DNA of 32,015 bases from a virus (taxonomy: Duplodnaviria; Heunggongvirae; Uroviricota; Caudoviricetes). Where the stretch lies: IMG/VR virus record IMGVR_UViG_2706794662_000017, one strand, 5' to 3'. Below are positions 17,900 through 27,415 of this stretch, in pieces; position 1 is the stretch's first letter, and every line of letters starts with the position of its first letter. Made by a program: the position numbers and the translations under genes. The notes beneath the pieces are model-generated. The model made no database searches. It saw nothing but the letters and a program-made list of their open reading frames with translations, and was not told the DNA's origin.

Positions 17900-18422
17900 G
17901 TTTAAGCGTTTTGAAGACAGGCTGACCGGACTTATTGAGTCGCTGTCACCGTCAGGGCGTCGGCGACTGAGCGCCGAACTGGCGAAACGTCTGCGTCAGA
18001 GTCAGCAGCGTCGGGTGATGGCACAGAAAGCCCCGGACGGCACACCCTACGCACCACGCCAGCAGCAGAGCGCCAGAAAAAAGACCGGTCGCGTTAAGCG
18101 AAAAATGTTTGCGAAACTTATCACCAGTCGTTTTTTGCATATCCNNNNNNNNNNNNNNNNNNNNNNNNNNNNNNNNNNNNNNNNNNNNNNNNNNNNNNNN
18201 NNNNNNNNNNNNNNNNNNNNNNNNNNNNNNNNNNNNNNNNNNNNNNNNNNNNNNNNNNNNNNNNNNNNNNNNNNNNNNNNNNNNNNNNNNNNNNNNNNNN
18301 NNNNNNNNNNNNNNNNNNNNNNNNNNNNNNNNNNNNNNNNNNNNNNNNNNNNNNNNNNNNNNNNNNNNNNNNNNNNNNNNNNNNNNNNNNNNNNNNACCC
18401 GGCGGCATCCTTCCCGTTATGA
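17892..18422 (+). CDS. S: Tail completion protein S (P2 gpS); 3' part inside masked region
   Basis: N-terminal 84 aa readable and gpS-like; reading frame continues through the N-run to a stop overlapping the V start (ATGA); the true end could lie inside the N-run. Confidence 0.7.
   Translation: MNEFKRFEDRLTGLIESLSPSGRRRLSAELAKRLRQSQQRRVMAQKAPDGTPYAPRQQQSARKKTGRVKRKMFAKLITSRFLHIXXXXXXXXXXXXXXXXXXXXXXXXXXXXXXXXXXXXXXXXXXXXXXXXXXXXXXXXXXXXXXXXXXXXXXXXXXXXXXXXXXXXXPAASFPL
18145..18396. other. Run of N (252 nt, masked or unsequenced)
   Basis: Literal N characters inside S and upstream of V. Confidence 1.
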
Positions 18423-19054
18423 ACACTCTCGCAAATATTCAGGAACTCGCGCGCGCACTGCGCAACATGATCCGCACCGGCATTATCGTCGAAACCGACC
18501 TTAATGCCGGTCGCTGCCGTGTGCAGACCGGCGGCATGTGCACCGACTGGCTTCAGTGGCTGACCCATCGCGCCGGACGTTCGCGCACATGGTGGGCACC
18601 TTCCGTGGGGGAACAGGTGCTGATTCTGGCCGTAGGCGGTGAACTCGACACGGCGTTCGTTCTGCCGGGGATTTATTCCGGTGATAACCCCGCGCCGTCT
18701 GCGTCGGCGGATGCCCTGCATATCCGTTTCCCTGACGGGGCGGTGATTGAGTATGAACCTGAAACCAGTGCACTCACGGTAAGCGGAATTAAAACGGCCA
18801 GCGTGACGGCTTCTGATTCTGTTACTGCCACGGTGCCGGTGGTCACGGTGAAAGCATCAACCCGCGTCACTCTGGACACGCCGGAGGTGGTCTGCACAAA
18901 CAAGCTGATCACTGGCACGCTGGAAGTGCAGAAGGGCGGGACGATGCGCGGCAACATTGAACACACCGGCGGTGAACTCTCATCAAACGGGAAGGTACTG
19001 CATACCCATAAACACCCCGGCGACAGCGGCGGCACAACCGGGAGTCCTCTATGA
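18419..19054 (+). CDS. V: Baseplate spike protein (P2 gpV)
   Basis: 211 aa, P2 gpV size and position. Confidence 0.9.
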   Translation: MNTLANIQELARALRNMIRTGIIVETDLNAGRCRVQTGGMCTDWLQWLTHRAGRSRTWWAPSVGEQVLILAVGGELDTAFVLPGIYSGDNPAPSASADALHIRFPDGAVIEYEPETSALTVSGIKTASVTASDSVTATVPVVTVKASTRVTLDTPEVVCTNKLITGTLEVQKGGTMRGNIEHTGGELSSNGKVLHTHKHPGDSGGTTGSPL

Positions 19055-19398
19055 CAGCGCGTTATCTCGGAATGAATCGCAGTGATGGCCTGACTGTCTC
19101 TGACCTTGAGCATATCAGCCAGAGTATCGGCGATATCCTGCGCACGCCGGTCGGCTCACGGGTGATGCGTCGTGATTACGGCTCGTTGCTGGCGTCAATG
19201 ATTGACCAGCCGCAGACCCCGGCGCTTGAGTTGCAGATTAAGGTCGCCTGTTACATGGCCGTGCTGAAATGGGAAGCCCGCGTCACCCTGTCATCCGTCA
19301 CCACGGCGCGCAGCTTTGACGGGCGAATGACGGTCACGTTAACCGGCCAGCACAACGACACCGGCCAGCCACTTTCGTTAACCATCCCTGTGAGTTGA
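19051..19398 (+). CDS. W: Baseplate wedge protein (P2 gpW, gp25-like)
   Basis: 115 aa, P2 gpW size and position. Confidence 0.9.
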   Translation: MTARYLGMNRSDGLTVSDLEHISQSIGDILRTPVGSRVMRRDYGSLLASMIDQPQTPALELQIKVACYMAVLKWEARVTLSSVTTARSFDGRMTVTLTGQHNDTGQPLSLTIPVS

Positions 19399-19402
19399 AA
19401 CC

Positions 19403-20311
19403 ATGCCGATTATCGACCTGAACCAGCTACCCGCACCGGATGTGGTCGAGGAGCTGGACTTTGAAACCATTCTTGCCGAACGCAAGGCGACACTGATTTC
19501 CCTTTACCCGGAAGACCAGCAGGAGGCGGTCGCCCGTACCCTGACGCTGGAATCCGAGCCTCTCGTCAAACTGCTGGAGGAAAATGCTTATCGTGAGCTT
19601 ATCTGGCGTCAGCGTGTGAATGAGGCCGCACGGGCGGTAATGCTGGCCTGTGCCGCCGGTAATGACCTTGATGTGATTGGTGCCAATTACAACACCACGC
19701 GCCTGATTATCACCCCGGCAGATGATTCGACCCTCCCGCCGACACCGGCAGTGATGGAATCTGACACGGATTATCGTCTGCGTATTCAGCAGGCGTTTGA
19801 AGGTTTAAGCGTCGCCGGGTCGGTGGGGGCCTATCAGTATCATGGTCGCAGTGCCGACGGGCGTGTCGCGGATATTTCTGTAACCAGTCCGTCTCCGGCC
19901 TGCGTCACCATCTCTGTGCTGTCACGTGAAAATAACGGTGTCGCATCCGAAGACCTGCTGGCGGTGGTGCGTAACGCCCTTAATGGTGAGGACGTCAGGC
20001 CGGTGGCCGACCGCGTGACCGTGCAGTCTGCCGCCATCGTTGAATACCAGATAAACGCCACGCTTTACCTTTACCCTGGTCCCGAAAGCGAACCCATACG
20101 CGCTGCTGCCGTGAAAAAACTGGAAGCGTACATCACGGCACAGCACCGGCTGGGGCGCGACATCCGTCTGTCTGCCATTTATGCCGCTTTGCATGTGGAA
20201 GGCGTGCAGCGTGTCGAACTGACTGCACCGCTGGCCGACATCGTGCTCAACAGTACGCAGGCGTCTTTCTGTACCGAATACCGCGTCGTGACCGGAGGCT
20301 CGGATGAGTGA
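19403..20311 (+). CDS. J: Baseplate wedge protein (P2 gpJ)
   Basis: 302 aa, P2 gpJ size and position. Confidence 0.9.
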   Translation: MPIIDLNQLPAPDVVEELDFETILAERKATLISLYPEDQQEAVARTLTLESEPLVKLLEENAYRELIWRQRVNEAARAVMLACAAGNDLDVIGANYNTTRLIITPADDSTLPPTPAVMESDTDYRLRIQQAFEGLSVAGSVGAYQYHGRSADGRVADISVTSPSPACVTISVLSRENNGVASEDLLAVVRNALNGEDVRPVADRVTVQSAAIVEYQINATLYLYPGPESEPIRAAAVKKLEAYITAQHRLGRDIRLSAIYAALHVEGVQRVELTAPLADIVLNSTQASFCTEYRVVTGGSDE

Positions 20312-20834
20312 TTCGCGACTGCTGCCGACCGGCTCATCACCGCTTGAAGTTGCCGCCGCAAAAGCCTGTGCGGAAATTGAAAAAACGCCGGTCAGGATTC
20401 GTGAACTGTGGAACCCGGATACCTGTCCGGCAAATCTGCTGCCGTGGCTGGCGTGGGCGTTTTCGGTCGACAGGTGGGATGAAAAGTGGCCGGAAGCGAC
20501 AAAACGCGCCGTTATCCGCGATGCCTATTTCATCCACTGTCATAAAGGCACTATCGGCGCAATCCGGCGTGTGGTGGAGCCGCTCGGCTATCTCATCAAC
20601 GTGACGGAGTGGTGGGAAAACAGTGACCCGCCCGGCACCTTCCGGCTTGATATTGGTGTACTGGAAAGCGGCATCACAGAGGCAATGTATCAGGAAATGG
20701 AACGGCTTATTGCTGATGCCAAACCTGCAAGCCGTCATCTTATTGGCCTGAACATTACCCGGGACATTCCCGGCTACCTGTTCGCCGGTGGTGTGGCTTA
20801 CGACGGCGATGTAATTACGGTTTACCCCGGATAA
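20304..20834 (+). CDS. I: Baseplate protein (P2 gpI)
   Basis: 176 aa, P2 gpI size and position. Confidence 0.9.
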   Translation: MSDSRLLPTGSSPLEVAAAKACAEIEKTPVRIRELWNPDTCPANLLPWLAWAFSVDRWDEKWPEATKRAVIRDAYFIHCHKGTIGAIRRVVEPLGYLINVTEWWENSDPPGTFRLDIGVLESGITEAMYQEMERLIADAKPASRHLIGLNITRDIPGYLFAGGVAYDGDVITVYPG

Positions 20835-20844
20835 GTGAGGAATA

Positions 20845-23163
20845 ATGAGCACAAAATTCAGAACCGTTATCACCACTGCCGGTGCAGCAAAGCTGGCAGC
20901 GGCAACCGCACCGGGAGGGCGGAAGGTCAACATTACCACGATGGCCGTCGGGGATGGCGGTGGTAAATTGCCTGTCCCGGATGCCGGACAGACCGGGCTT
21001 ATCCACGAAGTCTGGCGACATACGCTGAACAAAATCAGCCAGGACAAACGAAACAGTAATTATATTATCGCAGAGCTGGTTATTCCGCCGGAGGTGGGCG
21101 GTTTCTGGATGCGTGAGCTTGGCCTGTACGATGATGCGGGAACGTTAATTGCCGTGGCGAACATGGCCGAAAGTTATAAGCCAGCTCTTGCCGAAGGCTC
21201 AGGGCGTTCGCAGACCTGTCGCATGGTCATCATCGTCAGCAGTGTGGCCTCGGTGGAGCTGACCATTGACACCACAACGGTGATGGCGACACAGGATTAC
21301 GTTGATGACAAAATTGCAGAGCACGAACAGTCACGACGTCACCCGGACGCCTCGCTGACCGCAAAAGGTTTTACTCAGTTAAGCAGTGCGACCAACAGCA
21401 CGTCTGAAACACTGGCCGCAACGCCGAAAGCGGTAAAGGCCGCCTATGACCTTGCTAACGGGAAATATACCGCACAGGACGCTACCACAGCTCGAAAAGG
21501 TCTTGTCCAGCTCAGTAGTGCCACCAACAGCACGTCTGAAACGCTTGCGGCAACGCCAAAGGCGGTTAAGACAGCGTATGACCTTGCTAACGGGAAATAC
21601 ACTGCACAGGACGCCACTACAGCGCGAAAAGGTCTTGTCCAGCTCAGTAGCGCCACCAACAGCGATTCTGAAACGCTTGCGGCAACACCAAAGGCGGTTA
21701 AGACAGCGTATGACCTTGCTAACGGGAAATACACTGCACAGGATGCCACCACAGCGCGAAAAGGTCTTGTCCAGCTAAGTAGTGCCATCAACAGCGATTC
21801 TGAAACGCTGGCCGCAACGCCAAAAGCAGTGAAGTCTGCCTATGACAATGCTGAAAAACGTCTTCAGAAAGATCAGAACGGTGCGGATATTCCGGGAAAG
21901 GATACCTTCACGAAAAATATCGGTGCCTGTCGTGCTTATAGCGGCGCTTTGAGCACTGAAGCCGGAAACTGGACAACCGCTCAGTTTATTGAATGGCTGG
22001 ATTCCCGTGGTGCATTTAATCATCCGTACTGGATGTGCAAAGGCTCCTGGTCATATGCAAATAACAAAATCATTACGGATACCGGATGTGGTGATATCCA
22101 CCTGGCTGGTTGTGTCGTCGAGGTCATGGGAACTAAATCTGCAATCACTATCCGAGTGACCACGCCAACAACATCAAGCGGTGGCGGTACAACCAGCGCG
22201 CAATTCACTTACATAAATCATGGGGACGGCTACTCCCCCGGCTGGCGTCGTGACTGGAATCGTCAGGGCGACTCAATGACCGGAACGATTAATCAGGATG
22301 GCGGAAGCCAGAATGCCTATATGTCTACGGCCTTATGTTCAGGCACCAGAGGCGGCAAAAAATATCTCAGAAAGTTTCGTGGTGGAGAAGGAGATACTAT
22401 CTGGCATGAAACAGTTCAGGGCGGGGTAATTCGCTGGGCGACAGGAAACAATGACGCTCAGGAAGAATTATCACTCAGCTCCGCTTATGGTCTCCGTTCA
22501 AGAGGTGAAATTACATCACTCAGTGCTAATGGTCTGCGCATTGCTTATGGCAATTATGGATTCTTTATCAGGAATGATGGCGGCAGCACATATTTAATGC
22601 TGACGGCCTCTGGCGATAAATTTGGGACATGGAACGGCTTAAGACCGCTGACTATCAATAACGCCAATGGCGGAGTGTCAATGGGGCATGGCCTGAGTGT
22701 TACAGGTGATATTGTCTCAAGTACCAAAGTACGTGCCGGTAGCGGGAAAAAGTTCACGGTCAGCAGCAGCAATACATCCACGAAGGAAGCCGCATTCAAT
22801 TTGTGGGGAAACTCAAGTCGTCCTGTGGTGGCTGAATTAGGTGATGATGCAGGCTGGCATTTTTACAGTCAGAGAAATACAGATAACAGCATCACTTTTG
22901 CTGTTAACGGGCAGGTATCACCATCTAACTATGGCAACTTTGATTCACGCTATGTCCGGGATATCCGGCTTGGTGGTGCTGCCACATACAAACCTGCGAA
23001 CAATGGTATGACATGGACACATCAGGCACCGTCCGGGTGTGTATATTCCGGCATTATTGTTCAGGATACCGGCTCAAACTCTGCCGATAACATTGGTGGC
23101 GTATATTACAGACCGGTGCAGAAATACATTAACGGGACTTGGTATAACGTGGCACAGGTATAA
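20845..23163 (+). CDS. H: Tail fibre protein (P2 gpH-like) with internal tandem repeats
   Basis: 772 aa; conserved gpH-like N-terminus (MSTKFRTVITTAGAAKLAAATAPGG); repeat block in the middle and a C-terminal region I do not recognise from P2. Confidence 0.9.
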   Translation: MSTKFRTVITTAGAAKLAAATAPGGRKVNITTMAVGDGGGKLPVPDAGQTGLIHEVWRHTLNKISQDKRNSNYIIAELVIPPEVGGFWMRELGLYDDAGTLIAVANMAESYKPALAEGSGRSQTCRMVIIVSSVASVELTIDTTTVMATQDYVDDKIAEHEQSRRHPDASLTAKGFTQLSSATNSTSETLAATPKAVKAAYDLANGKYTAQDATTARKGLVQLSSATNSTSETLAATPKAVKTAYDLANGKYTAQDATTARKGLVQLSSATNSDSETLAATPKAVKTAYDLANGKYTAQDATTARKGLVQLSSAINSDSETLAATPKAVKSAYDNAEKRLQKDQNGADIPGKDTFTKNIGACRAYSGALSTEAGNWTTAQFIEWLDSRGAFNHPYWMCKGSWSYANNKIITDTGCGDIHLAGCVVEVMGTKSAITIRVTTPTTSSGGGTTSAQFTYINHGDGYSPGWRRDWNRQGDSMTGTINQDGGSQNAYMSTALCSGTRGGKKYLRKFRGGEGDTIWHETVQGGVIRWATGNNDAQEELSLSSAYGLRSRGEITSLSANGLRIAYGNYGFFIRNDGGSTYLMLTASGDKFGTWNGLRPLTINNANGGVSMGHGLSVTGDIVSSTKVRAGSGKKFTVSSSNTSTKEAAFNLWGNSSRPVVAELGDDAGWHFYSQRNTDNSITFAVNGQVSPSNYGNFDSRYVRDIRLGGAATYKPANNGMTWTHQAPSGCVYSGIIVQDTGSNSADNIGGVYYRPVQKYINGTWYNVAQV
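21364..21852 (+). repeat. Tandem in-frame repeat inside H, ~3.7 copies of a 132-nt (44-aa) unit
   Basis: Unit starts at 21364, 21496, 21628 and 21760; encodes K/RGxxQLSSATNSxSETLAATPKAVKxAYDLANGKYTAQDATTA (phage tail-fibre repeat type). Confidence 0.85.
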
Positions 23164-23166
23164 TTT

Positions 23167-23694
23167 ATGCAGCATTTGATAAATATAACGGCAGGTAATC
23201 CAAAAACGGTTGAACAATATCAATTGACAAAGGACTTTGATGTTGTCTGGTTTTTTTCAGAAGATGGTAAGAACTGGTACGAAGAACAAAAGTATTTTGC
23301 TGATGACACGATAAAAATAGCGTACGACAAAGATAATATTATCCGCTATGTGGAAAAGGATGTGACAGCTATCAGACCGGATGGATTAAGTGTTGTTGAA
23401 GTGCCGGATATTACTGCTAACCGACGGGCGGACATTTCAGGGAACTGGATGTTTAAGGACTGTACAGTGATTAAACGAATTTATACGGCAGAGGAATTGC
23501 AGCAGCAGGCAGAAAATCGGAAAGCCAGACTTCTTGCAGATGCTGAATCCGTGATTTTGCCGCTGGAGCGCGCTGTCAGGCTGAATATGGCAACAGATGA
23601 GGAGCGCAGTCGACTGGAGGCATGGGAACGCTACAGTGTTCTGGTCAGTCGTGTGGATCCTGCAAATCCTGAATGGCCGGAAATGCCGCAATAA
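23167..23694 (+). CDS. G: Tail fibre assembly chaperone (P2 gpG)
   Basis: 175 aa; N- and C-termini (MQHL..., ...[13 protein letters not shown]) match P2 gpG as I recall it. Confidence 0.85.
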   Translation: MQHLINITAGNPKTVEQYQLTKDFDVVWFFSEDGKNWYEEQKYFADDTIKIAYDKDNIIRYVEKDVTAIRPDGLSVVEVPDITANRRADISGNWMFKDCTVIKRIYTAEELQQQAENRKARLLADAESVILPLERAVRLNMATDEERSRLEAWERYSVLVSRVDPANPEWPEMPQ

Positions 23695-23776
23695 GTTGTA
23701 TGAGCTCTGGTGTGAGCTTACATATCTATGGCACAGAGTAAAGCCTAATCTGAGAGTCCGCTCTGTGCCAGAAGTA

Positions 23777-23805
23777 GACGCACAAGGTGGGCGTGTCTTT
23801 TTCTT
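23777..23805 (+). terminator. Putative rho-independent terminator after the V-G late operon
   Basis: GC-rich imperfect hairpin GACGCAC...GGCGTGTC followed by TTTTTCTT on the plus strand, between the G stop and the convergent cargo gene. Confidence 0.35.
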
Positions 23806-23808
23806 AAG

Positions 23809-25227
23809 CTACATCGGGCTCTTATATGGGGAATGAGAGTTTTTGAAACGCGGTTCTTCATGCTTCGGACTGTAAATTCTTGCATGATTATCTATCACAA
23901 CTTTACTTCCAAGAATATCTCGAGCTTCTCCTAACGACCACACAGTAGAAAGATCATTAGTCAAATTTCGATAGAGAGCACGAAACCCCTTGGGTTTTTT
24001 AAGATCATATAAGAAATCAGGAACTTTAACTTTAAAATTAAAGGTCGGTAGTTTCGGAAGGGAATTAATAGCCGCAACAGTATTGTATACATGTACAAGC
24101 TTAGTTACAGGTACACCTTGTCTAGTCTTGAGCCCATACTTAGTTCGAATATAATCTGATTCTTTCGATACTTCAGTAAGCAATGCTCTTACTGACTTAT
24201 TAGCTTGAGGCAATTCATTTTCATCAAACAAGCGCTTTATTTCTCGCATTTTCTCACGGGCCCTTACAAATTCGTTGTTGTCCCTTATGTTATAAGCAGC
24301 TTCAACAATACAACTTGGATCACCAGTTTCTTTTGCGAGCCATGCCGAAAATAAAGGAAGCGAAGTTGCTGTTGCTACAGCTTTACCACCAGAATGAATA
24401 TCAATGAGATCATGACTTAACGAAGTGGAAAAGTTTTCTACAATATGTTTAGCATAGTCAAAACCATACTGACAGTTTTGGCTTAAATATGTCTGTTGAT
24501 ACGCCTGACGTAATGGATATAAAAAAGTATCTGCTTGAAGGTACTTAGCTGTGAGAGAATAAAATACTGCCCGATTAGCCAGCCATACAAGCGAAGCCAC
24601 GAATGCTTTGATTGCATCTGATGCTTCACCAGCAGATGTGCCATCCCCCCATTTTGCTCCGGGAACTTTGTACCCCTTGCGAATAGGGTTGCCAAATCGA
24701 TCGAGAAGTTCAACATCGCCATTTGTTCTATTACCAGACTCAGCAGCATCACGCAGTTCTGAAAAAATGGCAGCAGCAATGTTACCATATTTTTCAAACT
24801 CCTTACCTCCATCAGATAAGTTCTTCAGTGTTAGATGATAAACACTTGAACTAATGTCCCATGTACATATGATATGTGTCTGAAGAAGTTCAATTAGTTT
24901 TTTAAAATCGTCATTAACAAATGTTCCACCACGAATTTTAGGTTTCAATGCATCAGATATTTTTTTTGCTTCACTTTCAATTTCATCCAACCCATATTGT
25001 GCTTTATCAAGAAATAATATCTCTCTGAAACTTGAAATCCTACTCCCACGGTACTCTGGAATATAATCATCAACCGCGATAACGTGATCATAGAACAAAA
25101 TAGACTGTATATAGTTCTCAAATGCTATTATGTCTGTATCTACTGAGTCCTTCGATCTTGTTTTTACTTTCCCCTCGATTCTTTGGACTGCAGTTAGAGT
25201 TGAATTATCAATCAGTGCGTATGTCAT
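23809..25227 (-). CDS. Hypothetical 472-aa protein, AT-rich cargo gene at the P2 Z/fun variable locus; function unknown
   Basis: Long uninterrupted minus-strand ORF antisense to both flanking late operons; ATG 25225-25227 with AAGGAA RBS 5 nt upstream; no P2 structural counterpart; no catalytic motif recognised with confidence. Confidence 0.7.
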   Translation of the reverse strand: MTYALIDNSTLTAVQRIEGKVKTRSKDSVDTDIIAFENYIQSILFYDHVIAVDDYIPEYRGSRISSFREILFLDKAQYGLDEIESEAKKISDALKPKIRGGTFVNDDFKKLIELLQTHIICTWDISSSVYHLTLKNLSDGGKEFEKYGNIAAAIFSELRDAAESGNRTNGDVELLDRFGNPIRKGYKVPGAKWGDGTSAGEASDAIKAFVASLVWLANRAVFYSLTAKYLQADTFLYPLRQAYQQTYLSQNCQYGFDYAKHIVENFSTSLSHDLIDIHSGGKAVATATSLPLFSAWLAKETGDPSCIVEAAYNIRDNNEFVRAREKMREIKRLFDENELPQANKSVRALLTEVSKESDYIRTKYGLKTRQGVPVTKLVHVYNTVAAINSLPKLPTFNFKVKVPDFLYDLKKPKGFRALYRNLTNDLSTVWSLGEARDILGSKVVIDNHARIYSPKHEEPRFKNSHSPYKSPM

Positions 25228-25496
25228 TTACATTCCTTAAATAAAAAACATTAATGGTTGCTCCAAAAATACTAGCAACCTTATTTCAGTGAAGTCAATT
25301 TTTTAACATTAATCATTTACACACGCTTGAAAAGTGATCGCTGAAAATGGCATTTACTACATTATCAAAGTTCCCATCGAAGATAATCGAAATTTTTCCC
25401 GGTAGCAGATATCGTGAGATTTAACGCTTTTCGCTCATAGCAGGCTGTCAGATTTGATAGCGTTTGGGCTATGTAAACTGTCAGTCGGAAAATGAG

Positions 25497-25514
25497 TGTG
25501 TACAAATCAGGACA
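25497..25514 (+). promoter_or_regulatory. TGT-N12-ACA dyad, candidate Ogr-dependent late promoter element upstream of FI
   Basis: Exact TGT(25497-25499)-N12-ACA(25512-25514) about 125 nt upstream of the FI start; a dyad of this form centred near -55 is the reported P2 late promoter element. Confidence 0.3.
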
Positions 25515-25545
25515 TGCGGGCGAATTGCCCGCATTTTCTTTATCT
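25514..25545 (+). other. Perfect palindrome ATGCGGGCGAATTGCCCGCAT followed by TTTTCTTT (terminator-like hairpin, or a binding site)
   Basis: 8-bp stem with 5-nt loop plus T-rich tract, read directly; role unclear because it lies between the putative late promoter dyad and FI. Confidence 0.3.
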
Positions 25546-25637
25546 GTTGTTTCATCCACTGACCAGCCAGGTCAAATAGCGTCTCATGCACTGCCCAACA
25601 GAAAATAGTTGCACCCATTAACCACGGAGTTAAACGG

Positions 25638-26828
25638 ATGAGTGACTATCATCACGGCGTGCAGGTGCTGGAGATTAACGACGGCACCCGCGTCATTTCC
25701 ACCGTATCCACTGCCATTGTCGGCATGGTCTGCACGGCCAGCGATGCGGATGCGGAAACCTTCCCCCTCAATAAACCGGTGCTGATTACCAATGTGCAGA
25801 GCGCAATTGCAAAGGCCGGTAAAAAAGGCACGCTGGCGGCATCGTTGCAGGCCATCGCCGACCAGTCAAAACCGGTCACCGTTGTCGTGCGTGTGGAAGA
25901 CGGCACCGGCGACGACGAGGAAACGAAACTCGCGCAGACCGTTTCCAATATCATCGGCACCACCGACGAAAACGGTCAGTACACCGGACTGAAAGCCCTG
26001 CTGGCGGCGGAGTCGGTAACCGGTGTTAAACCGCGTATTCTCGGCGTGCCGGGACTGGACACCAAAGAGGTGGCTGTTGCACTGGCATCAGTCTGTCAGA
26101 AGCTGCGCGCTTTCGGGTATATCAGCGCATGGGGCTGTAAGACCGTTTCCGAGGTGAAAGCCTACCGTCAGAATTTCAGCCAGCGTGAGCTGATGGTCAT
26201 CTGGCCGGATTTCCTCGCATGGGATACGGTCGCCAGTACCACCGCCACCGCGTATGCCACCGCCCGTGCGCTGGGTCTGCGCGCTAAAATCGACCAGGAG
26301 CAGGGCTGGCATAAAACGCTGTCCAACGTCGGGGTGAACGGTGTTACCGGCATCAGCGCGTCCGTATTCTGGGATTTGCAGGAGTCCGGCACCGATGCTG
26401 ACCTGCTTAACGAGTCAGGCGTCACAACGCTGATTCGCCGTGACGGTTTCCGCTTCTGGGGTAACCGTACCTGCTCTGATGACCCGCTGTTCCTCTTTGA
26501 AAACTACACCCGCACCGCGCAGGTGCTGGCCGACACGATGGCTGAGGCGCACATGTGGGCGGTGGACAAGCCCATCACCGCAACGCTGATTCGCGACATC
26601 GTTGACGGCATCAATGCCAAATTCCGTGAGCTGAAAACAAACGGCTATATCGTGGATGCGACCTGCTGGTTCAGCGAAGAATCCAACGATGCGGAAACCC
26701 TCAAGGCCGGAAAACTGTATATCGACTACGACTATACCCCGGTGCCTCCTCTTGAAAACCTGACCCTGCGCCAGCGTATTACCGATAAATACCTGGCAAA
26801 TCTGGTCACCTCGGTTAACAGCAATTAA
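25638..26828 (+). CDS. FI: Tail sheath protein (P2 gpFI)
   Basis: 396 aa, P2 gpFI size and position. Confidence 0.95.
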   Translation: MSDYHHGVQVLEINDGTRVISTVSTAIVGMVCTASDADAETFPLNKPVLITNVQSAIAKAGKKGTLAASLQAIADQSKPVTVVVRVEDGTGDDEETKLAQTVSNIIGTTDENGQYTGLKALLAAESVTGVKPRILGVPGLDTKEVAVALASVCQKLRAFGYISAWGCKTVSEVKAYRQNFSQRELMVIWPDFLAWDTVASTTATAYATARALGLRAKIDQEQGWHKTLSNVGVNGVTGISASVFWDLQESGTDADLLNESGVTTLIRRDGFRFWGNRTCSDDPLFLFENYTRTAQVLADTMAEAHMWAVDKPITATLIRDIVDGINAKFRELKTNGYIVDATCWFSEESNDAETLKAGKLYIDYDYTPVPPLENLTLRQRITDKYLANLVTSVNSN

Positions 26829-26840
26829 GGAGCCTGACCG

Positions 26841-27359
26841 ATGGCAATGCCGCGCAAACTCAAGTTAATGAACGTCTTTCTGAACGGCTACAGCTATCAG
26901 GGCGTTGCAAAGTCCGTCACGCTGCCAAAACTGACCCGTAAACTCGAAAACTATCGCGGTGCGGGGATGAACGGAAGCGCACCGGTAGACCTCGGCCTTG
27001 ATGACGATGCGCTGTCAATGGAGTGGTCGCTCGGGGGCTTCCCGGATTCGGTTATCTGGGAGCTTTACGCCGCAACCGGTGTGGATGCCGTGCCGATTCG
27101 TTTTGCAGGCTCTTACCAGCGTGACGATACCGGCGAAACGGTGGCCGTAGAGGTGGTCATGCGTGGCCGTCAGAAAGAAATCGACACCGGCGAGGGTAAA
27201 CAGGGAGAAGACACCGAGTCGAAAATCTCCGTGGTCTGCACCTATTTCCGGCTGACGATGGACGGTAAGGAGCTGGTCGAAATCGACACCATCAACATGA
27301 TTGAGAAGGTGAACGGCGTCGACCGGCTGGAGCAACACCGCCGCAATATCGGCCTGTAA
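26841..27359 (+). CDS. FII: Tail tube protein (P2 gpFII)
   Basis: 172 aa, P2 gpFII size and position. Confidence 0.95.
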   Translation: MAMPRKLKLMNVFLNGYSYQGVAKSVTLPKLTRKLENYRGAGMNGSAPVDLGLDDDALSMEWSLGGFPDSVIWELYAATGVDAVPIRFAGSYQRDDTGETVAVEVVMRGRQKEIDTGEGKQGEDTESKISVVCTYFRLTMDGKELVEIDTINMIEKVNGVDRLEQHRRNIGL

Positions 27360-27415
27360 TTTTCATCCGGTCAGCCTGGCTGACCGGTTAACCCCGATTC
27401 AGAAGTGAGAAAACC

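Noticed and set aside
21444-21791. Minus-strand 115-aa ORF with an internally repeated peptide, and its plus-strand mirror 21446..21778
   Set aside because: Artefact of the 132-nt tandem repeat inside H; the repeat keeps alternative frames open. Not a CRISPR array either: the units are contiguous, with no spacers.
23597-23836. 79-aa plus-strand ORF overlapping the G 3' end and the terminator/inverted-repeat region
   Set aside because: Overlaps the gpG C-terminus in another frame and crosses a terminator-like hairpin; no RBS; likely spurious.
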